64,000 bases of DNA from Thermodesulfobacteriota bacterium (GTDB lineage Bacteria; Desulfobacterota_D; UBA1144; Nemesobacterales; UBA2774), in assembly GCA_965223335.1 (NCBI GenBank), contig OZ244991.1, positions 2,603,484 through 2,667,483 on the forward strand. Reading direction: 5' to 3'. The stretch's first letter is position 1; every line of letters begins with the position of its first letter. Of the stretch, positions 50,084 to 60,347 are shown piece after piece. The notes beneath the pieces were generated by a model. The model was not told the origin of the DNA. It ran no database searches and saw only the letters and a list, made by a program, of their open reading frames with translations. The position numbers were made by a program, and so were the translations under genes.

Positions 50084-51235
50084 ATGAAGTTATCAATGTT
50101 CTCAATAATATTCATTCCGATTTTACTGGCGATCTCGTGCGGCGACGAAAATAAACAGGCAAACATCCCTCCCCCCGAAGTCCTTGTATATGTAACAGAA
50201 GCATCCGAGGTATCGATATTTCAAGAATTTGTAGGAGAGACACTCGGCTATAAAGACATCGACATCAGGGCCCGTGTAGAGGGCTACCTTGAGGGCATCC
50301 ACTTTGAGGAAGGTCGTAAAGTTAATCAAGGCGAGCTGCTGTATACCATCGAGAGTCAACAGTTCGAGGCTCTGGTTGCAGAAAAAATGAGTCTTCTTGC
50401 CAAAGAAAAAGTAAAACTCGCCAATGCACTAAGCGATCTAAACAGAGTAGAGCCCCTGGCAAAAGAAAACGCTGTGAGCCAGTTGGATTTAGACTCCGCC
50501 CAAGCAAGGTACAAGGCTGCGATTGAGTCTGTAAAAGCAGCCGAAGCTGATCTTGACGCCGCACAAATACAGTTAAGCTACACAAAAATATATGCCCCAA
50601 TCACAGGGATCATAGGCAAAACCAAAGCAAAAGTCGGTGATTTTGTGGGCAGAGAACCAAACCCTGTTATCCTAAACACAGTCTCAAACACCAACACCAT
50701 ATTAGTACAATTTTTCATTACTGAAACGGACTATCTCCAAGCTGCAAAAGAACTCATCGAACACGATAAATTCATGCAGCAGAAAAAACGGTCCAAGACA
50801 CTGGAACTCATACTTTCTGACGGAACTGTCTACAACCACACAGGCACCCCTGATTTTATTGATAGAAATGTCGACCCCACGACCGGTGCCATCCTTGTTC
50901 AGGCTTCCTTCGAGAACCCCGACCTTTTACTTCGCCCCGGCCAGTTCGCCAGGATAAAAGCCGAGCTTGATGTGAAACAAGACGCGATACTCGTCCCCCA
51001 AAGATGCCTCGTTGAGCTCCAGGGCACATTCAGCGTTTATGTAGTAGACGAAAACAACATCGTACACAACCGCAAGGTCGTAGTAGGCCCTACAATCAAA
51101 GAATTCTGGCTCATCAAAGAAGGACTTGGGCCTGGGGAAAAAGTAATCTACGAAGGCCTGCAAAAGGCTCAGGACGGCCAGCCAGTAAAACCCGTTGTAA
51201 AGGAAATAAAACTCCCACAACCCGGAACATACTGA
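50084..51235 (+). CDS. RND efflux membrane-fusion protein
   Basis: Lipobox AISC; IRARVEGYL, YTKIYAPITGIIG, LRPGQF. Confidence 0.95.
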   Translation: MKLSMFSIIFIPILLAISCGDENKQANIPPPEVLVYVTEASEVSIFQEFVGETLGYKDIDIRARVEGYLEGIHFEEGRKVNQGELLYTIESQQFEALVAEKMSLLAKEKVKLANALSDLNRVEPLAKENAVSQLDLDSAQARYKAAIESVKAAEADLDAAQIQLSYTKIYAPITGIIGKTKAKVGDFVGREPNPVILNTVSNTNTILVQFFITETDYLQAAKELIEHDKFMQQKKRSKTLELILSDGTVYNHTGTPDFIDRNVDPTTGAILVQASFENPDLLLRPGQFARIKAELDVKQDAILVPQRCLVELQGTFSVYVVDENNIVHNRKVVVGPTIKEFWLIKEGLGPGEKVIYEGLQKAQDGQPVKPVVKEIKLPQPGTY

Positions 51236-51241
51236 TACGCT

Positions 51242-54200
51242 ATGGGTAATTTCTTTGTAAACAGACCGATTGTCGCAATGGTTATAGCCATTGTGATGGT
51301 TATCATAGGCACCGTGTTCCTAGGGGGTCTCCCCATCCAGCAGTACCCCGATATCACTCCGCCCATTGTAGAGGTACGCGCCACATACACCGGCGCAAAC
51401 GCCGTGAGCGTTGAGCAATCTGTAGCTACTCCCCTCGAACAGCAGATAAACGGTGTAGACAACATGATCTATATGAAATCGACCAACGCCAACGACGGTA
51501 CGATGAACATACAGGTCTCTTTTGAGATCGGCACCGACCCCGATATGAACACTGTTTTCACACAAAACAGGGTAGCTGCCGCTACTGCCAAACTGCCCGA
51601 AGAGGTAAAAAGATTGGGTGTTACCACAGAAAAATCACTGCCCAATATCCTGATGCTCATCACGCTAACGTCAGAGGACGGGAGGTTTGATCAAAACTTC
51701 CTCGGGAACTATGCACTCATCAATATTAAGGATGTGCTGGCAAGGATTAAGGGGATCGGCAGGGTAAATGTCCTAGGAGCCAGTGATTACTCGATGCGCA
51801 TATGGATAAGGCCCGACCGCTTGGCACAGCTGGGCATAACCATCCCCGAGATCAGAGACGCCATACAGCAGCAAAACGTTGTTGTCCCCGGTGGCAGGTT
51901 CGGTGCCGAGCCCGCTCCTCCCGGCACAGATTTCACATATACAGTGAGGCTTCCCGACAGGCTCCAGTCCGAAGAAGAGTTCGGCGAGATAGTGGTACGC
52001 ACCACACCCGAGGGCTCACAGGTAAAAATCAAAGATATTGCACGTGTAGAGCTGGGTGTAGAGACATACCTTGCGTTTACTCGTTTAGACAATAGAGAGT
52101 GCGGCATCATTGCACTTTACCAGGCTCCCGGGTCAAACGCTGTGGAGCTTGCAGAGCAGGTTAAAAAAACCATGGTCGAGCTCTCTAAATCCTTCCCCCA
52201 GGGTATTAAATATGACATATCACTCGACACCACACTTGCGATCACAGCCGGCATAGACGAAATCGTCGAAACCTTATTTATTGCTCTTGCACTTGTAATA
52301 TTCGTTGTGTTCATCTTCATTCAGGACTGGCGCGCGTCGCTTATCCCTACAATTGCTATTCCGGTCTCCCTGGTCGCGGCATTTATGGTGTTCCCTCTTA
52401 TCGGGTTTAGTATCAATGTGCTGTCTCTTCTGGGGCTTGTACTCGCAATCGGGATTGTTGTTGACGATGCCATTGTGGTCGTGGAAGCGGTACAGGTAAA
52501 CATTGAGAACGGCATGAACCCAAAAGACGCCACGGTTAAGGCCATGAGCGAGGTCACAGCACCTGTCATTGCCACCACACTTGTACTTGTAGCTGTGTTT
52601 ATCCCTGTCGCGGCAATGGCCGGTATTACAGGCAGTCTCTACCAACAGTTCGCTATAACCGTAGCAGTCTCAGTGGTGTTCTCGTCCATTAACGCTCTCA
52701 CGCTAAGCCCCGCACTCTGCTCTCTCTTGCTTAGAAAGCGAGTTCCTTACAAGGGGTTATTGGGTGCATTCTTCAAAAAGTTCAATGACACGTTCGACAG
52801 GGTTACGGGATCATATGTCGGTTTCACTCACAAGGTTGTAAGCAACATAAGGCGCGGGGTTATTTTCATCATATTAATAGTAGTTGGGCTCTTTGTTATC
52901 AGCAGGGTGGTCCCGGGAGGGTTTATGCCCGAAGAAGACATGGGCTACCTGTTCGTCAACATACAGCTGCCCGATGCCGCTTCCCTGCAGCGTACCAACA
53001 AAGTAGCTAAGAAGGTAGAAAATATTATCGAGAACTACGACCAGGTCGAATACATTACCACTGCAGCAGGGTTCAGCCTCCTCTCTGGCAGTATGTCTTC
53101 CAACTCCGGATTTATCTTCGTATCACTCAAGGACTGGAGCCAACGAGAGGAAACAGCACTCGAGATAGTTTCACTTCTTAACCGAGATTTCTTCACTCAG
53201 ATAAACGAAGCCCAGGTTTTTGCATTCGGCCCACCTGCAATACCCGGATTAGGTAACGGTTCCGGATTCACATTGATGCTACAAGACAGAGTGGGCAGAA
53301 CACCCGAGTACCTGGCCAAAGAGACTCAAAAATTCATACAAGCTGCACTTGAGAGACCCGAGATCGGCTCCATTTTTACCACATTTAGGGCAAACGTCCC
53401 ACAACGTTTCATGGACATTAACAGGGATAAGGTGCTAAAGGCCGGGATCCCTCTAAACGACATCTATACAACCGTGGGTGCATTTTTGGGTGGCTCGTAT
53501 ATTAATGACTTCAACAGGTTCGGCAGGCTCTACAAAGCATATATTCAAGCCGAGCCCGAGTACCGCCAAAACGCCAATCAGGTCAATTTGTTTTATGTAA
53601 AAAATAAAGACGGTGTAAGTGTGCCGCTCGCAGGCTTCGTAGATATAAAGGACATCACCGGTCCCGACTTTACCAACCGTTTTAACCTATTTAGGTCTGT
53701 GGAGCTCACCGGTGGGCCGGCCCCGGGCTATACCTCGGCCCAGGCACTTAACGCACTTGAAGAATTAGCCGACCAAATCCTGCCCCCCGATATGAGCTAC
53801 GAATGGAGCAATATGTCGTACCAAGAAAAGCAAGCCTCGGGTACTGCAGGGGTTGTGTTTATTTTCGCACTTGTATTTGTGTTCCTTATACTGGCCGCTC
53901 AGTACGAGAGCTGGTCTCTACCTCTCAGCATCCTACTGGGTACACCGTTTGCCGTGTTCGGGGCATTTTTCGCCCTTATGATAGCAAGGTTTTTCAGCGA
54001 CAGCTACGAGCTCAACGTGTTTGCTCAGATCGCACTTGTGATGCTGATCGCAATGGCCGCGAAAAACGCTATATTGATTGTTGAATTCGCCAAACTAGAG
54101 TTCGATAAAGGGCTTACTTTGTACGATGCCGCGATTAAAGCAGCACAGCTTCGTTTCCGCCCCATATTGATGACGGCATTCTCCTTCATACTGGGTGTGA

Positions 54201-54382
54201 TGCCCTTGGTCATAGCATCGGGGGCAGGTGCAGAGGCACGAGTGGTGATGGGTATGGCATTGCTCGGAGGAATGGCTCTTGCCACATTGCTTGGCGTGTT
54301 CTTTTATCCTATGCTCTTTGTACTGATTGGTAAAATGGGCAAATACGAAGAGAAACGCGAACTAGAGACTCAGGGTGCATAA
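51242..54382 (+). CDS. RND efflux permease (HAE1/AcrB family)
   Basis: AIGIVVDDAIVVVE, AKNAILIVEFA, RFRPILMT. Confidence 0.96.
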   Translation: MGNFFVNRPIVAMVIAIVMVIIGTVFLGGLPIQQYPDITPPIVEVRATYTGANAVSVEQSVATPLEQQINGVDNMIYMKSTNANDGTMNIQVSFEIGTDPDMNTVFTQNRVAAATAKLPEEVKRLGVTTEKSLPNILMLITLTSEDGRFDQNFLGNYALINIKDVLARIKGIGRVNVLGASDYSMRIWIRPDRLAQLGITIPEIRDAIQQQNVVVPGGRFGAEPAPPGTDFTYTVRLPDRLQSEEEFGEIVVRTTPEGSQVKIKDIARVELGVETYLAFTRLDNRECGIIALYQAPGSNAVELAEQVKKTMVELSKSFPQGIKYDISLDTTLAITAGIDEIVETLFIALALVIFVVFIFIQDWRASLIPTIAIPVSLVAAFMVFPLIGFSINVLSLLGLVLAIGIVVDDAIVVVEAVQVNIENGMNPKDATVKAMSEVTAPVIATTLVLVAVFIPVAAMAGITGSLYQQFAITVAVSVVFSSINALTLSPALCSLLLRKRVPYKGLLGAFFKKFNDTFDRVTGSYVGFTHKVVSNIRRGVIFIILIVVGLFVISRVVPGGFMPEEDMGYLFVNIQLPDAASLQRTNKVAKKVENIIENYDQVEYITTAAGFSLLSGSMSSNSGFIFVSLKDWSQREETALEIVSLLNRDFFTQINEAQVFAFGPPAIPGLGNGSGFTLMLQDRVGRTPEYLAKETQKFIQAALERPEIGSIFTTFRANVPQRFMDINRDKVLKAGIPLNDIYTTVGAFLGGSYINDFNRFGRLYKAYIQAEPEYRQNANQVNLFYVKNKDGVSVPLAGFVDIKDITGPDFTNRFNLFRSVELTGGPAPGYTSAQALNALEELADQILPPDMSYEWSNMSYQEKQASGTAGVVFIFALVFVFLILAAQYESWSLPLSILLGTPFAVFGAFFALMIARFFSDSYELNVFAQIALVMLIAMAAKNAILIVEFAKLEFDKGLTLYDAAIKAAQLRFRPILMTAFSFILGVMPLVIASGAGAEARVVMGMALLGGMALATLLGVFFYPMLFVLIGKMGKYEEKRELETQGA

Positions 54383-55817
54383 TAAAGAAATGAAGAGTTC
54401 TGCAAAAATATTCATAAACTTATTTTCTATTCTCCTCATTGTTGCCATATCGGGTTGCATGGTGGGCCCCGATTTCGAAAAGCCCGAGATTGCTACACCC
54501 GAAAACTACAGGTTTGCCAATCAAAGCCCCCAAGAGGTCGTGAACCTCGAGTGGTGGACCCTTTTTAACGACCCGGTCCTCTATGATTTAGTCATCAAGG
54601 CACTTAACGAGAACAAAGACATTAAAATTGCGCTTAGCCGCATTGACGAGGCCCGTGCTGCTTTGGGTTTCGTACGCGCAGATCAGTTCCCCAGACTTGA
54701 CCTCGAGGCGGGGGCCAACAGGGGCAACTTCTCGGGCGGGCGTATAGTAGACGAATCCAACAACAGCGCATTCATAGCCCCCGTGGTAAACTGGGAGATC
54801 GATTTTTGGGGCAAGTTCCGCCGGGCCACAGAATCAGCCCGCTCAGACCTCATCGCCACAGAATACGGATACAGGTCAATCCAGATAAGCCTCATATCAG
54901 AAATAGTCAGCACCTATTTCCTGCTTCTCGATTTCAAGGAACGTGTGATTATATCTCGGGAAACCCTCAAATCAAGGACCGAGAGCCTCGACATCATACA
55001 AAAACGTTACAAAGAAGGTGTAATTCCCGAAATAGACCTAAACCAGGCCGAGATACAAAAAGAGATTGCCGCAGCAGCCATACCGGTGAACGAGCGCCTC
55101 GTAGCCAAAGCCGAGAACGCGCTTAGCATATTACTCGGACGGTTCCCAGAAGACATCAAAACCGGCAATGCTCTCTATAACCAGTCCGTACCCCCCGAGA
55201 TTCCGCTCGTCCTCCCCGCCACGCTGCTAGAACGTAGGCCCGATATACTCGAAGCCCAGTACCTGCTGCAGGCACAAAACGCACAGATCGGTGTAGCACA
55301 GGCTCTTAGGCTCCCGGCACTCAACCTCACTGGAAGCCTGGGCGCTGCAACGAGTGAAGTTTCTTCTATGACAACTGAGGGGTTCGCATGGTCCGTTGGG
55401 GCCGGGCTATTCGGCCCACTTTTTAACTTTGGTAAGAACGAGAGTCGTGTGCGCATTGAAGAAGCCCGCACCGATGCTGCTTTTTATAACTACGAAAACA
55501 CAGTACTGTTGGCATTTAGAGAGGTGTCCGATTCGCTTAGCGACATTGAGACATATCGGGAACAACTCATAGCTCTAAATCGACAGACCATAGCCGCTAG
55601 AAATGCAAATAGACTATCAAAACTCCGCTACGACCAGGGGTTCTCTAGCTATCTCGAGGTGCTTGAGACCGAGCGTGCTCTATTCTCTGTAGAGCTCGAA
55701 CTCTCTCAGGCCACCCAGGAATACTACAACTCATACGTGGGCCTCTATAAGGCACTCGGCGGCGGATGGATTGATGAACAAGAGATGTACAAGCCCCCTT
55801 TGGAAGAAACAGAATAA
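54375..55817 (+). CDS. Outer-membrane efflux lipoprotein (NodT/OprM family)
   Basis: ISGCMVGPDF lipobox, WEIDFWGK, LLERRPDI, LYKALGGGW. Confidence 0.95.
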   Translation: MHNKEMKSSAKIFINLFSILLIVAISGCMVGPDFEKPEIATPENYRFANQSPQEVVNLEWWTLFNDPVLYDLVIKALNENKDIKIALSRIDEARAALGFVRADQFPRLDLEAGANRGNFSGGRIVDESNNSAFIAPVVNWEIDFWGKFRRATESARSDLIATEYGYRSIQISLISEIVSTYFLLLDFKERVIISRETLKSRTESLDIIQKRYKEGVIPEIDLNQAEIQKEIAAAAIPVNERLVAKAENALSILLGRFPEDIKTGNALYNQSVPPEIPLVLPATLLERRPDILEAQYLLQAQNAQIGVAQALRLPALNLTGSLGAATSEVSSMTTEGFAWSVGAGLFGPLFNFGKNESRVRIEEARTDAAFYNYENTVLLAFREVSDSLSDIETYREQLIALNRQTIAARNANRLSKLRYDQGFSSYLEVLETERALFSVELELSQATQEYYNSYVGLYKALGGGWIDEQEMYKPPLEETE

Positions 55818-55929
55818 TGCAACTTGCTCAAACAGCTTCAAAGCACTAATTCCACCATGAACTTGTATTGGACGTACTTACAAGAACTGTTTATAATCAG
55901 AACCACTAATATTCTACGGGGAGTCTCCT

Positions 55930-56727
55930 ATGTCTACGGGAAAAAACCACAAAAAACTCAAAGACAAAAAGTACGAAAAAGAACTAGAGAAACTACAGAT
56001 CGAGCTTGTAAAACTCCAAAACTGGGTAAAAGCCAAAGACAAAAAGATTGTTGTAGTGTTCGAAGGTCGTGATGCGGCCGGCAAAGGGGGTACGATAAAA
56101 CGTATAACCGAGCCGCTAAACCATAGGGTCTGTCGAGTAGCAGCACTCGGAGTACCTACCGAAAGAGAGAAGACCGAGTGGTTTTTCCAACGCTACATTG
56201 CACACCTGCCCTCCGCAGGCGAGATAGTACTATTCGACCGCAGCTGGTATAACAGAGCGGGTGTAGACAGAGTCATGGGTTTTTGTAATGAGAAAGAGTA
56301 CTACGAGTTCCTGCATACATGCCCAGGGTTCGAAGAGGCAATAATACATTCGGGAATTATGCTGTTTAAGTACTGGCTCGATATCACTGCAGATGAACAG
56401 AAGGTAAGGTTCCAGGAACGCTTGGATAACCCTCTGAAACAGTGGAAGATAAGCCCTATGGACATGGAAGCTCGTAAACGGTGGTACGATTACTCCACAG
56501 CAATCGATACGATGTTCAAATACACTGATACCAAGATAAGCCCTTGGTACATAGTAAACGCCAACAGCAAGAAATCAGCGCGTTTAAACTGTATAAGCCA
56601 CCTGTTAAGTCATATACCCTACAAAGATGTGCCCAAAAAGAAACTCAAACTCCCGCCGCTCCAAAAAAACACAGGCTACACAAAGCCCTCCAAGACAAAT
56701 AGATCATATGTGCCTGAAATATTTTAA
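55930..56727 (+). CDS. ppk2: Polyphosphate kinase 2
   Basis: FEGRDAAGKGG Walker A, FDRSWYNRAG, WKISPMD. Confidence 0.96.
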   Translation: MSTGKNHKKLKDKKYEKELEKLQIELVKLQNWVKAKDKKIVVVFEGRDAAGKGGTIKRITEPLNHRVCRVAALGVPTEREKTEWFFQRYIAHLPSAGEIVLFDRSWYNRAGVDRVMGFCNEKEYYEFLHTCPGFEEAIIHSGIMLFKYWLDITADEQKVRFQERLDNPLKQWKISPMDMEARKRWYDYSTAIDTMFKYTDTKISPWYIVNANSKKSARLNCISHLLSHIPYKDVPKKKLKLPPLQKNTGYTKPSKTNRSYVPEIF

Positions 56728-56766
56728 TTACACACATTGCACATTCTCACACAATCTTTTGATCCG

Positions 56767-57552
56767 CTAGGATTTAACGCTGCGAGTAACTATGGTTGTT
56801 GGAGAATACTTGTTAAGCAGTGTAGCCTGATCTGACCACCTGTCCTCATACAGCCCGGTGACGACGAAACCAGCCTCTATCTGTCCACCTATTTGGTCCT
56901 CAATGCTATGGCTCCAGACCAATGGGACCTGGTCGTCTATGATTCGTTGCAAACGATCCTTGTCTAGGCTGTCTACGTCTGAGTAGGGAAGTTGATACTC
57001 CACCATGAGCACTCCCTCCTCCCCAGCTTTTTTATGGTCAAACATAAAAAAAGCCGGGTTCATAAACCCGGTTATAAGCACTCCTCCCTGTTTGAGTACC
57101 CTATGGAACTCCCTCCATACAGTTTTTACGTCGGGAACAAAGATATTGGATACCGCATTAACTACAAGGTCAAAACTCGCTTCTGGAAACATGCTTAGGT
57201 CCGACATATCGCCATGTACAGTTTTAATCTCAAGCCCTTCCCTCTCGGCGACCAATAGGTCTTTGTTCAGCTGTTCGGGGGAACTGTCGAGACTGGTCAC
57301 GACACAACCGTAAGCCGCCAGTATGGGTGCCTGCTGTCCCCCTCCCGACCCTGCGCACAGCACATCCCTGCCCCCAATACCCTCCAACCACGAAATGGGG
57401 ACATACCTGTTCGGGGTAAGCTTAAGCGGCGGTCTGCCGGCCCTCGCTTTCTCAATTACCTGCTCGGACACCGGTGTGCACCACTCGCTTTGTTCCCTCG
57501 ATTCCTCGTCCCAAGCAAGGCTGTTATGCTTTTGGTGGTCTTCGGAAGACAT
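56767..57552 (-). CDS. Class I SAM-dependent methyltransferase
   Basis: VLCAGSGGGQQ, GDMSDLSMF..FDLV, QIGGQIEAGF. Confidence 0.9.
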   Translation of the reverse strand: MSSEDHQKHNSLAWDEESREQSEWCTPVSEQVIEKARAGRPPLKLTPNRYVPISWLEGIGGRDVLCAGSGGGQQAPILAAYGCVVTSLDSSPEQLNKDLLVAEREGLEIKTVHGDMSDLSMFPEASFDLVVNAVSNIFVPDVKTVWREFHRVLKQGGVLITGFMNPAFFMFDHKKAGEEGVLMVEYQLPYSDVDSLDKDRLQRIIDDQVPLVWSHSIEDQIGGQIEAGFVVTGLYEDRWSDQATLLNKYSPTTIVTRSVKS

Positions 57553-57612
57553 CTAAAGAATGTACTTAGGAGGGCCTAAATTACAAAATTAAGGCAATAG
57601 GGTGAGCACGCC

Positions 57613-58956
57613 TTACCACTCCCAATCCAAAAGCTCAATCTCTTCAATCCCTGTAGGCTCGTTTTCAAACAAGATCACAGCCCTAAGACCGTCTGTCCAC
57701 CAGGGCTGGTCCATAAAATTTCTATGGGGATTCTCAGGGTCGGCAGGCTCAATCGCTTGTATATAGCCTATTTTCCTCACTCCACTAGACACCACAAGGT
57801 CCTGCAGCAGATAGTCCCGTGCCTCGTCTAAATCCGGGTCTATCGCATGAGCCGTGAGCCACGGGGTCTTTGTGGTCAGGTACGACCCTATGTCACGACT
57901 TACTGCACCGATCCACACTTCCTTACCCCTGAATATGTAAGGGGTTAACCACAAACGGAGGTGGTTGCGCTCGTGTATGGTAGACCTTGCTTTTTGCAGC
58001 CCAATGTCCTGTTTTCTTTGGTAGTAAAACAGGCTGCTCATGGGCGAGGTCCTATACCTTCCCCCCGAGAAAAACGACTTGGCCGCTCTAAGTCCCGATC
58101 TTATCGTAATGGGTTCAGTCACGTCCCACCCGCGTCGCATGAATGCCGAGAATATATCGTCCGCATCACCGATAAGGATGAAATTAAGCGGGTCATTTTC
58201 TCCACTGCCGTCTTTCTTCGTCGTACAGCAGGGCATCTCGCTTAACACTTTTAGAAGCTCACGCTCGTCATCAAACTCAACAAAACTTTTCTCTTCATAA
58301 AGATTATCCCAGTCCACCCGGGCATAATCCGTGGTTATCCCCGGGATCTCTGTATAAAACACAAAGGCATCGGTTCGATCCTCTCCATATATAACAACGT
58401 TTATGTATTTAATTCCCGGGTCCCACCTTGTAAAAATAAAGCCCGATATCTCCCCTCCCGCCGGTATATCTCGGTCTATAGACCATTGGTCAAAATACTC
58501 GGTCATCTCTTCGTTCACCGGGTTAGCCATCGTATAGTTCATGTAAGCGGCTTCAAAGGGCGAGTAATATCCCGGGTCAAGGGCAGTATGAACAAAGCTT
58601 ATGTCCTTGTCGGTACTGTTCTCTATCTTGAGCCAAACCGGCTGTATAGAGTCATCGTCAAGTCTAACCCCGAATATCCTCTCGCTCTCATAATCGGTAA
58701 GTACCGCCGCAGTCACAGTAATACCGTTTTTAGTCTTGGTCTCCCCCCGACTCCTAAAGGCATACTCCTTTAGCGGATCATCCGAGGGCGCATAAGTCTT
58801 ACACCCCTTATCCACAGTGGTCCCGAAATTCTCATTCGTCCCCGTAAGAGATTTTGGACAGTAAGACGTGCAAGCCGATAGTATGGGAAATAACAATACA
58901 GCGATTATTAATAGTATGGAAATCCCGATATTACCTGTCATGACATTTCTCCGCAT
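57613..58956 (-). CDS. LssY C-terminal-domain lipoprotein (paralogue B)
   Basis: ILSAC lipobox; IQPVWLKIEN; PCCTT..DPLNF; YRTSPMS.L..RKQD; RNHLRLW; VWIGAVSRDIG; HAIDPDLDEAR; WWTDG.R. Confidence 0.8.
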   Translation of the reverse strand: MRRNVMTGNIGISILLIIAVLLFPILSACTSYCPKSLTGTNENFGTTVDKGCKTYAPSDDPLKEYAFRSRGETKTKNGITVTAAVLTDYESERIFGVRLDDDSIQPVWLKIENSTDKDISFVHTALDPGYYSPFEAAYMNYTMANPVNEEMTEYFDQWSIDRDIPAGGEISGFIFTRWDPGIKYINVVIYGEDRTDAFVFYTEIPGITTDYARVDWDNLYEEKSFVEFDDERELLKVLSEMPCCTTKKDGSGENDPLNFILIGDADDIFSAFMRRGWDVTEPITIRSGLRAAKSFFSGGRYRTSPMSSLFYYQRKQDIGLQKARSTIHERNHLRLWLTPYIFRGKEVWIGAVSRDIGSYLTTKTPWLTAHAIDPDLDEARDYLLQDLVVSSGVRKIGYIQAIEPADPENPHRNFMDQPWWTDGLRAVILFENEPTGIEEIELLDWEW

Positions 58957-58983
58957 TTAGCCTCCCCATGTCATCTATTTGGA

Positions 58984-60315
58984 CTATTCAGTCACACCTC
59001 TATCTGTGGACTCCTTTAATCCACCGCCCTCTACGTCTTCCCACTTAAGCTCCTCAACATCCGAGAGATAAGTTTCATTGTTATCAAAAAACAACACAGG
59101 GCGGTACCCATCGGTCCACCACGGCTGTTCCAAGAGATTTAGGTGTGGATTGTCCCGGGTTGCGGCCCCCACCCCTCTAACCCAGCCAAATTTACTCACA
59201 CCCATAGATAAAACCAGATCTTCCAACAGGTAGGTCCTGGTCTCGTCCACCTCAGGGTCAATCTCGTCGGCAGCAAACCAATATTGCTTGCGGTTTAGAT
59301 CAGACCCAATGTCGCGACTCACCGAACCTACCCACACAGGCGCCCCTTTATATGTCATAGGTGCAATCCATAGGCGGACCTGATTCCTCTGCCTGCGTGT
59401 GTCACCCTCTTTTTGTCTGGATTTCTGAAAAGATATGTCCTGGCGCCTATCAAATTGGTACAACGCACTCATCGGTGCAGTACGATATGCAGCAGTCGAA
59501 TAAATATTATCAGTGTCTATGCCCTTGCTTTCTTCTGTCACGGCCTCGGTCACATCCCATCTCCTGCGTATAAACGCCGTTAAAACATCGGCAGGCGTGC
59601 CCACTGCTACAAAATTAAGAGGATCCCCCCTGCCCTGCCCCTCACTACTCGTTGTGCAGCATGGCAGGCTTTCCAATGCGCGTCGCAACTGGTTTGCATC
59701 CGTGTAGTTCGTCATCTGATCTTTTTCATAAATCGCGTCTAAATCTACAGCTACATAATCCGCCTGTATCCCTGGGACCTCAAAATAGAATAAAAACCTT
59801 TCTGTGGTCTCACCCCCTGCAACAACAACATTTACATACTTAATCCCGGGGTCGATGTTGGTAAACACAATCCCCGAAATTTCACTCTTGGGATCTATGA
59901 TTTCCAGATCAATTCCATACTCTGTAAAATGCTCGTCCATCTTCTTATTGGTAGCTTTTTGAAACTTGCGGTGGTTAAGAAACGCGGCCTCGTTAGGTGA
60001 AAAATAATCGGGATCAAGCGCAATCGGAAGAAATACCAATACATCATCTGTGTCGTTTACAATTTTGAGCCATACGGGTTGTATGCCTTCGCTCTCGAGA
60101 TCCACACCAAACAGTTTAAAACTCTCCTGAGCACTAAGCACCGAAGCCGTCACACTTATGCCGTTACGGCTCATATTCTGTGCATTTTCCAAATATGTGG
60201 TCTCTTGCAAGGTCCCTGGTTTATACTTAGACGAGCACCCGAAAAACATAAATAAGAGGGCAATAAAGGCTATATTTAGCATATAGATTCGAGATCTATG
60301 AATATGTACTTTCAT
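58984..60315 (-). CDS. LssY C-terminal-domain lipoprotein (paralogue A)
   Basis: FFGC lipobox; same blocks as its neighbour (IQPVWLKIVN, PCCTT, DPLNF, RRQD, VWVGSVSRDIG, WWTDG). Confidence 0.8.
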   Translation of the reverse strand: MKVHIHRSRIYMLNIAFIALLFMFFGCSSKYKPGTLQETTYLENAQNMSRNGISVTASVLSAQESFKLFGVDLESEGIQPVWLKIVNDTDDVLVFLPIALDPDYFSPNEAAFLNHRKFQKATNKKMDEHFTEYGIDLEIIDPKSEISGIVFTNIDPGIKYVNVVVAGGETTERFLFYFEVPGIQADYVAVDLDAIYEKDQMTNYTDANQLRRALESLPCCTTSSEGQGRGDPLNFVAVGTPADVLTAFIRRRWDVTEAVTEESKGIDTDNIYSTAAYRTAPMSALYQFDRRQDISFQKSRQKEGDTRRQRNQVRLWIAPMTYKGAPVWVGSVSRDIGSDLNRKQYWFAADEIDPEVDETRTYLLEDLVLSMGVSKFGWVRGVGAATRDNPHLNLLEQPWWTDGYRPVLFFDNNETYLSDVEELKWEDVEGGGLKESTDRGVTE

Positions 60316-60347
60316 AACTTAATCCGATGCGTTTTGGGTTTAGCGGC

